Shown here: positions 51,611 through 61,856 of the stretch, piece after piece
Layout of the letters: each line of letters opens with the position of its first letter
Numbering within the stretch: the stretch's first letter is position 1
Assembly: GCA_963785645.1 (NCBI GenBank)
Contig: CAWAWG010000002.1
Location: 156,839 to 220,838, forward strand
Direction: 5' to 3'
Length of the DNA stretch: 64,000 nt
Source: an uncultured Actinomycetota bacterium
GTDB lineage: Bacteria; Actinomycetota; Actinomycetes; Streptosporangiales; Streptosporangiaceae
Translations under genes and position numbers: made by a program
Notes under the pieces: generated by a model
What the model saw: the letters and a program-made list of their open reading frames with translations, nothing else
Databases searched by the model: none
Told to the model about the DNA's origin: nothing

Positions 51611-54136
51611 GTGCCTGCGCTCGTTGACCAGATGGCCTCTTCTCCCCTGCCGTTCCTGATCGCCGAGGAGAGGCAGGGGAACAGGCAGGCGCGAGAAGCG
51701 CTGTTCTGCTCCTACAGCGTCGATCTCGGGTACTTCGAGCAGACGATCCTCGGCCCCGTGGAGGCGACGGGAGCGCGGGTCACGGTGGTCGGGGACTCAC
51801 GCGCCTCCGATCCCGCCCCCCGGCCGGGGCCCGGTTCCCCGGCAGCACTGTCCGCCGGAATCCGCTACGTACACGGGCTGGCCGCGCCCGGCGCCGGCGG
51901 CCTGTTCCATGCCAAGCTCATGGTCGTCGCGGGGCGTGAGCGAGCGCTCGTTGCCATCGGGTCCGGCGACCTGTCACCCGGCGGGTGGGGCCTGAACAAG
52001 GAGGCATGGACGGTCGCGACGGCGGACCGCGAGGCGTGCCCGGAACTGGTCGCCGACGTGGCCGACTGGCTGCGTTCCCTGGACGACCTGTGCACGCTCG
52101 CGCCGCTGACGGCAAGCGGGATTTCCCGCACGGCGGCGCTGCTTGAGGAACTCGCGATCGAGGCCGACATCGTGGACACCGGGCACCGCCTGGTCCACAC
52201 CAGCGCCGGGTCCATCGCCGACCAGCTGCCGGACGGCGAGGTGGACCACCTGCGGCTGTACGCACCGTTCCACGACGAGCGCACGGCCGCTGCCGGTGAG
52301 CTCATCGCCAGGCTGCGCCCGGCGCGGGTGACGATCGCGGTCCAGTCCGGTGGCCGCACCGTCATCCAGCCGACCGCCCTGCGCCGGGTCATCGCGGCGG
52401 CCGGGATCCCGGTGCAGATCGTCGAGGACGCCGCCGAGCAGTACCGCCACGAGACGATCATCGAGGCCGTTCGGCCGGACGGCAGCCGCTGGGTCTTGAC
52501 CGGCAGCCCGGATCTCTCCGTGCGGGCCCTGCTGACGCCTGCCCGGAAAGGCGGCAACGTCGAGGTCGGGGTGGTGTCGCGCCCGGCGGCGAGCCTGTTC
52601 CCGGTGGCGGCCAGACCGCTCACGCTTGAGGAGGTCCCGGCCGTGCGGCTGCCGGCCAGCGCGCAGGCCGTACCGGACGACGGCGCTGTCTTGCTTGGCG
52701 CCACCCGGGCTGGAGACGGTCTTGAGGTGACGCTCGCGCGGGCGACGACGTGGCCGACACGGCTGGAGGCCTCCCGGGCGGGCGGCTCCGACGTCTGGGA
52801 GGCGATCGGGACCGCGGCGGCCGGCGCCGCCGACCATATGCTCGCGGGCGCGGACCGGCCGGGCGGAACCCGGGTGCGGTGCGCGGCGGACACCGGCGGC
52901 GCCCCGGGGCCGGTTGTCTTCGTCAATGACCCGGAGCTGGCCGTACTCCGGGCACGGGGGCACACCGAGCACGTCCAGGCGGGTCAGCCCGGGCCGGCCG
53001 AACTGATCGCCGACGCGCAGCTCATGGAGCGCTGGCTGGCCGACGCCGGCTTGCTGGCCGACGCGGGCCCGGGCGACGCGGCGGGCGGCGGGTCACGCCC
53101 GGACGCCGACGAGGAGGGCTGGCTGGCCGACGCCGACGATGCGGTGACCAGCCTCGGCACCGTGATGTTCCGCCTCGCCCTGGGTGAGCTGCCCGCCGGC
53201 CTGGCCGGTTCCGCGTTCGCACCCGCCCGCAGCCTGCCCGGACCAGAGCGCCGCAAGGTCCGCCGGCTGCTGACGGCGGCCGCGGGCAAGCAGGCGGCCC
53301 CCAGGCCCGCCATCGCCCGCCTGGCCCTGCTCACCCTGGTCCTGTGCGGGGCGGAGGCAGGGATCTGGGACGGTCCCAAGGGGCCAGAGGGCTGGGTACC
53401 CGTCTGCGCGGAGGCGGTCATGAACCTGGTCCGGGGCGACATCCCGGAGCGGCTGGCCGCCGCGGCCGCCAGCTGGGCGGCCCTCGCCGTGTACCTGATG
53501 CGCGAACACCGCCCGGCGGGCGGGACGTCGCCGGAAGCCGCCGCCTACGAGGAAGCCCGCGCGGCCGCGGCTCCCCTGCTCCCGGGCGCGAGCGCGGCAC
53601 TCGTCGCTGATCTGGCCGCGCCGTTCACGAACGGGAGCGGGTTCCCGGTCGACCCGGACGCGGTCATGCACGTGACCCAGCTTGCCGGGCAGGAGGACCC
53701 GCTCGCCGACGCGATCGACGCGATGGCCTCGGCCAGGCCGGACTGGTCGGTACACCGGCACGGCGGCCTGCTGCTCCACGTCCAGTCCGGCGGCCGTGGC
53801 ACCTTCCTGCAGGCGGCGGAGACCCTGGAACGCGTGCCGGGCGGTACCGACGCGGCCGTCTGGGCGACGGGCAGCACGCCCGCGTGGGCGATCGCGGTCC
53901 GGTTCGAGGGTGCCCTCATCCACGTCGAGAGCGACGCCCGCGGCCAGCTGCTGTGGCGGCACTACCGGCTGGGACCGCTGGCCACGCCCACCGCGCTTGC
54001 CCGCAACCCGGAACTCGCGGCCCGGTCGCGCATCAACCACGGCGCCCTCAAGAACCCGTTCCCCGAGGCCATCCGGGCACTGGTGGCAACGGGAGTCGAC
54101 CTGTCCGGCGGAACCCCGTCGGACTGCCCGGACTAG
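51611..54136 (+). CDS. Large protein with two degenerate phospholipase D (HKD-like) motifs
   Basis: SYSVDLGYFE, FHAKL..IGSGDL, YRHETI..TGSPDLS, GNVEVGV. Confidence 0.7.
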   Translation: MPALVDQMASSPLPFLIAEERQGNRQAREALFCSYSVDLGYFEQTILGPVEATGARVTVVGDSRASDPAPRPGPGSPAALSAGIRYVHGLAAPGAGGLFHAKLMVVAGRERALVAIGSGDLSPGGWGLNKEAWTVATADREACPELVADVADWLRSLDDLCTLAPLTASGISRTAALLEELAIEADIVDTGHRLVHTSAGSIADQLPDGEVDHLRLYAPFHDERTAAAGELIARLRPARVTIAVQSGGRTVIQPTALRRVIAAAGIPVQIVEDAAEQYRHETIIEAVRPDGSRWVLTGSPDLSVRALLTPARKGGNVEVGVVSRPAASLFPVAARPLTLEEVPAVRLPASAQAVPDDGAVLLGATRAGDGLEVTLARATTWPTRLEASRAGGSDVWEAIGTAAAGAADHMLAGADRPGGTRVRCAADTGGAPGPVVFVNDPELAVLRARGHTEHVQAGQPGPAELIADAQLMERWLADAGLLADAGPGDAAGGGSRPDADEEGWLADADDAVTSLGTVMFRLALGELPAGLAGSAFAPARSLPGPERRKVRRLLTAAAGKQAAPRPAIARLALLTLVLCGAEAGIWDGPKGPEGWVPVCAEAVMNLVRGDIPERLAAAAASWAALAVYLMREHRPAGGTSPEAAAYEEARAAAAPLLPGASAALVADLAAPFTNGSGFPVDPDAVMHVTQLAGQEDPLADAIDAMASARPDWSVHRHGGLLLHVQSGGRGTFLQAAETLERVPGGTDAAVWATGSTPAWAIAVRFEGALIHVESDARGQLLWRHYRLGPLATPTALARNPELAARSRINHGALKNPFPEAIRALVATGVDLSGGTPSDCPD

Positions 54137-54845
54137 CCAGCCGGATCCCTGTAGGCGTGCGCACCGCGACTCCGCGACTCATGATCCCAGGTCTCCCGAG
54201 GAAAGACTGAGGACGCCAGCTTACCCAGCTTGCCACTCATCTGAAGTGGCTGGGTAAGTTGGGTGTGTTGAATGGAGGCGACGACTGGATGACAATGCGC
54301 CGCGCTCCCGGCAAGGGCTGCCCGATTATCATCATCTGCGGGTAAACTCAGCCGATTCCCGGGGCTCACGGCGGCCCTAGTGTCTGGGTGTGGAATCCCG
54401 GCAGTTGAACGGCATCGCGAACAGGCGCTTTATGACTCGAGGTCCAGTACGGCCGAGCGCTAGTGGCCAGGAGAGCACAAGAGCCGACCCTGTTCGGCCC
54501 AGAAGTCGCCGTCATGGTAGGCGGTGCCTAGCGTCCATCTTGCGCGTGCCCGAACTGCTGGCGTCAACCGCGTGGTGATCAATCATTGAGAACGGCGCCC
54601 TGTTCAACCGGGCCGGTGGACAAAATGGCGTCGTCACGCCAGAATCAAGACTATGAGCGAGTACAACCATGATCTCCAAAGCGAAACACCAACGGCCATT
54701 GAGAGATATTGGAGATATTTCCGTCGCTGACCAGCGAAGTTAGAGGCATCAGGACAGTAATCTCGCACCCGGCCAGGAAAGCGAGCGTGCAGTATCTCTA
54801 GGACATAACCGGGGGGTGCGGCTCGGAGACTCTCGGGCACTACGG

Positions 54846-57701
54846 TTATGGCGAGATGGATTGGCGCAGCGTCTCTCGAACGATATCCACCCGGCTCCGC
54901 ACAGCGAGCTTGACGAGAATTCGCGAGATGTAGGTCTGGACGGTCCGCCGAGACAAGAACATGCTCTTGGCGATGTCCGATGTCGAATCTCCTCTTGCCA
55001 TCAAGGCGGCGATCTTGACCTCGGTCGGGGTAAGCGACTCCCAACCGGAAGCCACATGCTGTCCGCGCCGACCGCGCGCGCCACGTCTGATGCCGTAATG
55101 GCGAAGCCGCCCCACGGCCCGCCGGATGTCCCAGTGTGCCTGTAGCCCTTCGTACAGGCCGACCGCCTCGTTCAGGGCAGTCCTGGCAGCCTCGTCCCGG
55201 CCCTTCTCGGCCTGCACGACGGCCAGGTCCTCCAGCGCGGCGGGCAGTTCCACCGTCGGCCCGACCGCCCGGTAGTGCATGACAGCTTCCTGGAGCAGGT
55301 CCGGATCCGACTCAAAAAGCCCGCGACACCGGAAGCTGGCCACGCTAGCCCTGGCCGGCTGGACCTCTGCCTCGGCTTCCGCCTGGCATGCGTGGACCGC
55401 GGTCTGCGCCATCTGCCTGTCACCCACGGCGAGCGCGAACCTGACCAGATCCGGCAGCCATTGGTGGATCAAGGTCATCTCTCCGCCGCGCCGCGGCAAC
55501 ATCTCAGCTAGCGTCAGCATTGCCTGGCCCGTCTCGCCACGCTGTTCCAGTGCCAGTGCGTGCGCGGCGACCAAGAAGTCCTGGTTCTCCCGGTCCGAGA
55601 TCGTCTGGATGGGCAGCGCAAGGCCCTGACGGAGCTGTTGGTCGGCAAGCGTGCGTTCGTCCCGGCGAACGGCGATGAGTGCGGACACGCCATGTACCAG
55701 CAGTGCAGACCAGCGCTCGCGCAGAAAGGAATGCGTCAGCCCGGGAGCATCAGCGTCATCCGAGCCTATCTCGGCGAGCGCGTCGTCCCACTGGCCGAGC
55801 CAGTAACGCAGCACCGCCGCAGTGACCCATGTCGCGCGATCGGGGTACCCGCTTTGCCGGGCGAGTTCACGGGCCTGCCGGAGGGCCACCTCGGCCTGTG
55901 GCCAGCAATCGAGGTTCTGCAGCGTGAATACGCGCGCGTCGAGGGCGAAGGAGCGCAGGTCCGCATGGCCCGGATCGTCCCCGAGCACGTACAGTGCCCG
56001 GTCTATGTGTCCAAGCGCGCCCGCGTGGTCGCGCTTAACGGAACTTGTCAGCCACAGATCGGTCAGGGCGTGCGCCGTCGCGCGCGGATCGCGGATATCC
56101 TCGGCGGCGATCAGGGCCTGGGCCGCGAGCGTGTCAGCAGTGTCCAGGTCGCCGCCGGCTGACCGCTCAAGCATCGCCAGCAAGGCCAGCATCCGGGCCC
56201 GCCACTTGCCGGGCAGGCGAGCAGATGCCAGTGCGCGCCGAATGGTCGCGATCGCGTCATCGTTCTGCCCCTCGCTGACTTGTGCGCGTGTCAGCGCCCA
56301 GTATGTCTCAGCACGCCGCTCCGGGTCGGTCATCGTTGTCAGCGCCCAACTGGCCCGCTTGGCCGCTTCCTCATACGAGCCGACGGCGAGCAGGGCCCAT
56401 ACCAGGCTTGCCGTGAGCCCGTCCCTGGCCTCTTCGCGGGCGGGCGTCCCGGACAGCTCACGGCGCAGTAGGTCGGCAGCAAGCTGCGGTGCCCGGGCGG
56501 CCAGCGCGGGCCCGGAATCGATGAGCCAGCTACGGGCCCAGTCCCCGCCCGGCCGGCCGGCGGCGGAAAGCTGCTGGGCGACGCTCAGGGCATCCATTCC
56601 TGCGGCTGCGAGTTCCCGTGCCGCTTCGGCGTGCAACGCTGTACGCAGCGCGGTCGGCATGCTCTCGTACAGCGCCTGCTGGATGAGCAGGTGCCGGAAA
56701 GCCAGTTCCGCACCGGAGCCGATCAGGATGCCCGCTTCCACCGCTTCCTGAACGCCAGTCATCAGTTCTGACGCCGGGCGGCGCGAGACCACAGCCAGGT
56801 CGGTGACCGCAAACGTCCCTCCGAGCAACGCGGCCATCCGCAGCATCTGCGCCGTCTCGGCCGACACGAAGCTGAGCCGGTCATCCAGCACGGCGGCCAG
56901 GGACGCGGGCAGATGCTCTCTGGCAGTCGAAACCTCGGCGGCGGAGCCGATCTTCAGTGCCTGCTCGCGCATCAGCGCTTCGATCAGCTCACGCACGTAC
57001 AGCGGATTGCCTGCTGCCTGCGTCGTCAGCTGGCGCAGCGCATCCCCGGGCGGCGATCCGAGCATCGCCGTCACCAGGGCAGTCACGTCGGTTTCGGCCA
57101 GCGGGCCAAGCGTGACCACCGCACCCCCGCGGCGGATGACGGCCGTGCGGAGCTCCTGTACCTCCGCCCGCCGCGGAGTTGGCCGAGATATCCCGACAAG
57201 CAACAGCCGCAGCTGGTCGATAGAGGCAGCGAGCTGGTACCAGACGGTCAGCGACGCGTCGTCGGCCCACTGCAGATCGTCTAGGACCAGAACCGTGGGG
57301 CCTGCGGCGCACAGCTCGTCCACCAGTGCCATCAGCACCTCGATGCCGGTGGCCGACGTATCACCTTCCATAAACAGTCTTAGCCGGAGGTCACGGATCT
57401 GGTCGGCGGCTTTCGCTCGCTGCGGGTCCGGCGAGTCGGGCCGGACCTTGAGGCAGTCGAGCACCACCTGGAGCGGCAGCCGCTCGGTGAGCTTGCCCGC
57501 AACGCCCCATCCGATATCCCATTCCGGGCCGCTGCCTGACGCTATGGCCTCAGCGACCAAGGACGATTTGCCGATGCCGGGCTCACCCTCGACCCAGACC
57601 ACCGCTCCCTCACCACGCCCGAACGCCTCGACGCCTGCACGGAGGGCCGCGAGTTCCCGCTCGCGGCCCACCCACCAAGACGGCCGGTCAATAGTCCACA
57701 T
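54846..57701 (-). CDS. LAL-type ATP-binding LuxR regulator
   Basis: VGRERE, GEPGIGKS, LDDLQWAD, GNPLY, C-terminal LTPTE..TVQTYISRILVKL HTH. Confidence 0.9.
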   Translation of the reverse strand: MWTIDRPSWWVGRERELAALRAGVEAFGRGEGAVVWVEGEPGIGKSSLVAEAIASGSGPEWDIGWGVAGKLTERLPLQVVLDCLKVRPDSPDPQRAKAADQIRDLRLRLFMEGDTSATGIEVLMALVDELCAAGPTVLVLDDLQWADDASLTVWYQLAASIDQLRLLLVGISRPTPRRAEVQELRTAVIRRGGAVVTLGPLAETDVTALVTAMLGSPPGDALRQLTTQAAGNPLYVRELIEALMREQALKIGSAAEVSTAREHLPASLAAVLDDRLSFVSAETAQMLRMAALLGGTFAVTDLAVVSRRPASELMTGVQEAVEAGILIGSGAELAFRHLLIQQALYESMPTALRTALHAEAARELAAAGMDALSVAQQLSAAGRPGGDWARSWLIDSGPALAARAPQLAADLLRRELSGTPAREEARDGLTASLVWALLAVGSYEEAAKRASWALTTMTDPERRAETYWALTRAQVSEGQNDDAIATIRRALASARLPGKWRARMLALLAMLERSAGGDLDTADTLAAQALIAAEDIRDPRATAHALTDLWLTSSVKRDHAGALGHIDRALYVLGDDPGHADLRSFALDARVFTLQNLDCWPQAEVALRQARELARQSGYPDRATWVTAAVLRYWLGQWDDALAEIGSDDADAPGLTHSFLRERWSALLVHGVSALIAVRRDERTLADQQLRQGLALPIQTISDRENQDFLVAAHALALEQRGETGQAMLTLAEMLPRRGGEMTLIHQWLPDLVRFALAVGDRQMAQTAVHACQAEAEAEVQPARASVASFRCRGLFESDPDLLQEAVMHYRAVGPTVELPAALEDLAVVQAEKGRDEAARTALNEAVGLYEGLQAHWDIRRAVGRLRHYGIRRGARGRRGQHVASGWESLTPTEVKIAALMARGDSTSDIAKSMFLSRRTVQTYISRILVKLAVRSRVDIVRETLRQSISP

Positions 57702-57862
57702 ATCGGCAACATTATCTCGCCCGCCAGGTGCGACATATACGTCATGTCATCATCTGCTATAGACGAAAGTAATTCATTATATTCTGGCCACGCAGAATCC
57801 AAGAGCGTGAATAATGCCAGCATTATCGCATGCTCTTTTGAGCAGGTACGCTCTTTTGAGCA

Positions 57863-58075
57863 GGGTGCAGCTCTTCTGAAGGGAGCTCTGACCAGGGAGT
57901 TTACCGGATATCCGGGTGATGAGTGAATTTGTCTTCTACCGTCGTATTCAGGGGAAAGAGACCGGGATGGGCTCGCTGATCGAGGAACTCCGCCGGCGGG
58001 AGGACGCTGCCCGGGCCGAGGCAGACCGGCGGCGCAGCCGGATCGAGGAGCTTTCGGGGGATCTGGCCGGGGCAG
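57863..58075 (+). mobile_element. Possible truncated IS end with a coiled-coil accessory ORF remnant
   Basis: GGGTGCAGCTCTTCTGAAG followed by an abruptly ending ORF MGSLIEELRRREDAARAEADR. Resemblance to ISKra4-type ends is from memory and unverified. Confidence 0.4.
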
Positions 58076-58080
58076 CCCGG

Positions 58081-59256
58081 TCATCGGGCCGCGGTTCCGG
58101 ACGTAGGCACACCACGCTGGTTCAGCGTACGGGCCGCCGACGGGTCGATGATCCGCGCCCTTGAGTCCAGCTCTCTGGCGAGATTCCGCCACATCTCCGC
58201 GTATGTGTGCGCGAGTTCCGCAACGAGGGAGACGCAGTGCGGGGGGACGCCCGTGGCGACATCTGGCAACTGCCCTGCGGCAACCGCATTGACGTGAAGC
58301 AGTCGCAGCGTCCCTCTTCCTCGCTCGCTGCTGCGCAGCGAAGGATCACGCGACAGTTTCTCGACCGCGGAGGCCGGATCGCTAGGGATTGCTGGCCGCA
58401 GACGCACCGGAGTGACCGGTACTGGTGGCCGCAGACGCACCGGAGTGACCGGTACTGGTGGCCGCGGACTCACCGGACTGGAATGGGCGACCGGGGCAGG
58501 GCTTTCACCTCTGTCGCCTGCCGGGTGCTTCCCCGGTACCACTGGTTCGCCGCGCTCAAGACGCTTCCTTACATCAAGAACGGTTGCCGGCGATATGCCT
58601 GCGGCACGCGCTATATCACGCAGGGATGCCCCCGGCTGCTGATTCAGCAGTTCAGCTGCGCGCCGACGGCCCTCTTCGACATTCAGGGGATGGATCCTGC
58701 CATCTCGTCCGACTCGCGCGTTCAACTTCGGCACCTGCTCACCAGAACCCTTTCTGATGCTTGCCACGGTCTTCGCCGTCAAGCCAACTGAATGACCTAT
58801 CGCACGGTCAGACAGGTGCGGATGCGACACGACGATCCGCTCGGCGGCGGCACGGCGGTCGGCCCTGGACAGCGGTAGGCCGTGCGCGATGTTCGCCTCG
58901 ACGGCGCGCAGGAAGATGTCTGCTTCGCGTCCATCGAAGAAGACGACGTCTATCGCTTCCCGCCCCTGCAGGGATGCCGCCATCAGACGGTGCATCCCAT
59001 CGATTACTTGCATAGTGCGCTTGTCCACCAAAATCGGAGGCAGCGGCGCCTCGGTATCAGCGAGCCGCACTATATGCTCCTTGTCCTCGCCGTTTTGGCG
59101 AGGTGAGTCCGCCGACCGGAGCGTGAGCAGAGGAATGGACACCACTCCGGTGATCTCCCCAGCCTGGGCCCCCCGTTTGCGGGCACCCTCATGCGCGGGT
59201 TCCGCATTACCTGCTGGGCTCACTGGTTGGGCTGCACCGTCACCTGAGTGGTCCAC
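58081..59256 (-). CDS. StrR-like regulator with ParB/Srx N-terminal domain
   Basis: ADSPR..GED.EH..LPPILV..VIDGMHRL, ANIAHGLPLS, SLRDIARAAGISPATV, DPSLR. Confidence 0.85.
   Translation of the reverse strand: MDHSGDGAAQPVSPAGNAEPAHEGARKRGAQAGEITGVVSIPLLTLRSADSPRQNGEDKEHIVRLADTEAPLPPILVDKRTMQVIDGMHRLMAASLQGREAIDVVFFDGREADIFLRAVEANIAHGLPLSRADRRAAAERIVVSHPHLSDRAIGHSVGLTAKTVASIRKGSGEQVPKLNARVGRDGRIHPLNVEEGRRRAAELLNQQPGASLRDIARAAGISPATVLDVRKRLERGEPVVPGKHPAGDRGESPAPVAHSSPVSPRPPVPVTPVRLRPPVPVTPVRLRPAIPSDPASAVEKLSRDPSLRSSERGRGTLRLLHVNAVAAGQLPDVATGVPPHCVSLVAELAHTYAEMWRNLARELDSRARIIDPSAARTLNQRGVPTSGTAAR
58394..58478. repeat. 33-bp in-frame tandem repeat in the StrR-like linker
   Basis: GGCCGCAGACGCACCGGAGTGACCGGTACTGGT twice plus a partial copy (PPVPVTPVRLR). 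Confidence 0.85.
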
Positions 59257-59961
59257 CGCATCTTCCCTTCGTTGGGTTCGGTCGAGCCGCACTTCACCTC
59301 CCGACACAACCAGACGGTGCCTGCCGGTAACTAGTGGTCGGTTGACGTTAATTTGCCGTACACCACGCACTATCTCACCCACTTTCCACCGCTCTGAGCT
59401 GGTCTGCTGTTGCGGAACCAGACGATATGCGACAACTACTGTCGTACTCTCACTACAGTCACTACAGTTCTCAGGACAGACGGGCGACCTCAGTGATACC
59501 GGCGGCGCGATGGGCAGATGGTGGACCTGCCCACCTATGCGTTCTAGCACCAGCGGTACTGGGCAAAGGCCTCGCGGCTCCCGGGTGCCAGCGGCCGGGA
59601 CGATGCCGGGACGGCCGCGGGGGCTTGGTTCTGGACTGCGGTCGAGGGCGGGGACCTGGCCGGCCCGCTGGACGTGGACGGGCAGCGGCCGTTCAGGCTC
59701 GGGGCCATCACGGCGAACTGGAAGGGTATCCGGGAAGCAGCGATACCCGCTATCAACGAACTTGGAATTGACTAAGCGGACGACTGGGCCGCAACGGCAG
59801 CCGGGCGCTGCTCGCTCCTGACGACGAGGCAGAAGGGCAGTACTGCCGGTCGACCGAGGTGCCGGGTGGGGCCGAAACGGACGTGGTAGACGTGAACGAG
59901 ACCTCCACACACGGCAGAAAAGGGGCGCACCCTCACTCAGTGCCACGGCAGAATGAGGCGC

Positions 59962-60504
59962 ATGACGGAACTGGACGAACACGGACGTCCCGAGCCCCCG
60001 CTCGCCGCTGACGAGGCGGCGACGCTGCTTGGTTTCCTTGACTATCAGCGCGCCACCTTGGCCTGGAAGTGCTCGGGGCTGGACGCGGCCGGCCTGCGGG
60101 CGACGACAGCGGCCTCCACGATGACCCTGGGCGGCATCCTCAAGCACATGGCCCTGGTGGAGCACGGCTGGTTCTCCCGGACCCTGCACGGCCGCGAGTA
60201 CGCGCCGCCGTGGGACACGGTGGACTGGAAGGCCGATCGCGACTGGGAATGGCGCACGGCGGGCGGGGATTCCCCAGACGAGCTTTACGCCCTGTGGGAC
60301 CGGACCGTGGAACAGTCCCGGGCCGACGTCGCGCAGGTGCTGGACAGCGGCGACGGGCTCGGCCAGCTGGCCCAGCGAACCTGGCCCGACGGGCGTTCAC
60401 CGAGCCTGCGGTGGATCTTGTGCCACATGATCGAGGAATACGCGCGGCACAACGGCCACGCCGACCTTCTCCGCGAGTCAGTTGACGGAGCCACCGGCGA
60501 GTGA
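59962..60504 (+). CDS. DinB/DUF664 family protein
   Basis: FLDYQRATL, LKHMALVE, HMIEEYARHNGHAD. Confidence 0.88.
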   Translation: MTELDEHGRPEPPLAADEAATLLGFLDYQRATLAWKCSGLDAAGLRATTAASTMTLGGILKHMALVEHGWFSRTLHGREYAPPWDTVDWKADRDWEWRTAGGDSPDELYALWDRTVEQSRADVAQVLDSGDGLGQLAQRTWPDGRSPSLRWILCHMIEEYARHNGHADLLRESVDGATGE

Positions 60505-60569
60505 TCCCAGCCCGAGATCACTCTTGAGCAACACCGGGTTGGCTGGCCCGATGAGTCCCGGCAGTCGGA

Positions 60570-61002
60570 TTATGACTGCGCCTGCTGGCGGGTGTTGTGG
60601 AAGGCCGTGACCCGCCACCGCCCGTCGTTCTTAATCAGCACGAAGGTCTGCACAGATTTGTGGTCTGGGCCTGTCGCGCCCTGGCCGGCGAGCGTCACCA
60701 CACCCGAGACGACCATGATCGCGGCGTCCGGGCGGAGGAACCGCAGCGACGCGGGCGGTGCGGATTCCGCGTGGTCGTCGACCAAGACCATCCGGAGAGC
60801 CGGCCAAAGGCCCGTCAAAGAGCGGCCGGTGACCGTCTTCGATGGCCCGGCGCCCGCGCCCGTACATCCCGTTCCAGGCGACGAAGTCGGCATCGTCGGT
60901 GAACAGCGACGCGTACTCAGCGGCGTCACCGCGGTTCCACGCCTCTTGCAGGGCCTGGCCGAGCTCAAGGATCGCCTGACGTTCAGCCGACTCGTGGAAC
61001 AT
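60570..61002 (-). CDS. SgcJ/EcaC (SnoaL-like) protein (frameshift near 60800)
   Basis: AWNRGDA..FTDDADFV..GRRAI and WRVTAFHNT lie in different frames. Confidence 0.8.
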
Positions 61003-61060
61003 GGGTACCTCCAGGTATCTCAGTCGTTCTCCGCGGTGGCCACCATCGAATTCTAGGCCG

Positions 61061-61093
61061 GACATAAATTTATGTCAAACCTAAACTTGTGTC
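61061..61093. promoter_or_regulatory. Putative TetR operator
   Basis: Perfect palindrome GACATAAATTTATGTC (61061-61076) plus degenerate copy AACCTAAACTTGTGTC. Confidence 0.7.
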
Positions 61094-61121
61094 CGTCATA
61101 ATCCGGCGATAGCATGGCCCC

Positions 61122-61745
61122 ATGGCCACGGGACTGCGGGAGCGCCGCAAGCAGGCGGCCCGTCAGTCCATCTCCAGCGCCGCGATGGCGCTGTTCGAGG
61201 CCGGGGGTTTCGACGAGGTGACGATCTCCCAGGTCGCCGACGCGGCCGGGGTGTCGAAGATGACCGTGACGAACTACTTCCCGCGCAAGGAGGACCTGGT
61301 CTTCGACCAGGCCGAGGCGACGATCCGCAGCCTGGCCGATGCCGCCGCCGCCCGCGCGCCCGGCGAGAGCCTGCTCGCGGCGATCCGCCGCGACTATGCC
61401 GACCGGATCGCCGCGGGCGACGTTACCCTCGGCCCGCCCGACGCGACATTCGCCCGGATAGTCCAGGGCAGCCACGTGCTCACCGCCCGGGGCCGGGAGA
61501 TCGAGGACCTGCGCGAGCGGGCGCTCGGCGACGCCATCGCCACCGAGACCGGCACCGACGACCCGCAGCAGCGGATCGCGGCAGCCCAGCTCGCGTCGGT
61601 TCACCGGGTGCTGTTCGGCGAAGGCGCCAGGCGCATCCTGGACGGCCAGCCGCGCGACGAGATCTCCCAGATACTCGCGGCAGTCGCCCGCCAAGCCTTC
61701 GACCTGCTCGAACCGTCCCTGGGCGGCTACCGCATCCGGGCCTGA
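61122..61745 (+). CDS. TetR family regulator
   Basis: GLRERRKQ..FDEVTISQVADAAGVSKMTVTNYFPRKEDL. Confidence 0.9.
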   Translation: MATGLRERRKQAARQSISSAAMALFEAGGFDEVTISQVADAAGVSKMTVTNYFPRKEDLVFDQAEATIRSLADAAAARAPGESLLAAIRRDYADRIAAGDVTLGPPDATFARIVQGSHVLTARGREIEDLRERALGDAIATETGTDDPQQRIAAAQLASVHRVLFGEGARRILDGQPRDEISQILAAVARQAFDLLEPSLGGYRIRA

Positions 61746-61798
61746 GCTTCGCAGGCACAGTCGCATCATGCTGGGCGCGCGGGAACATCGCCAATTAC

Positions 61799-61812
61799 TG
61801 GAACATGTTCTA
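61799..61812. promoter_or_regulatory. KstR operator upstream of the ADH gene
   Basis: TGGAACATGTTCTA with ACT/AGT flanks like the other boxes. Confidence 0.85.
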
Positions 61813-61856
61813 GTTTTGAACTATTGTCGGGACAGTCCGCGCGAGAGGAACAGTCA

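Noticed and set aside
58081-59256. ParB partition protein indicating a plasmid or prophage
   Set aside because: Motifs fit the StrR regulator family; no parA, rep, integrase or phage genes are present.
59257-60189. N-terminal 311 aa of the 702-aa ORF
   Set aside because: It overlaps the DinB gene antisense and lacks motifs; a GTG with an RBS at 59256 is the better start.
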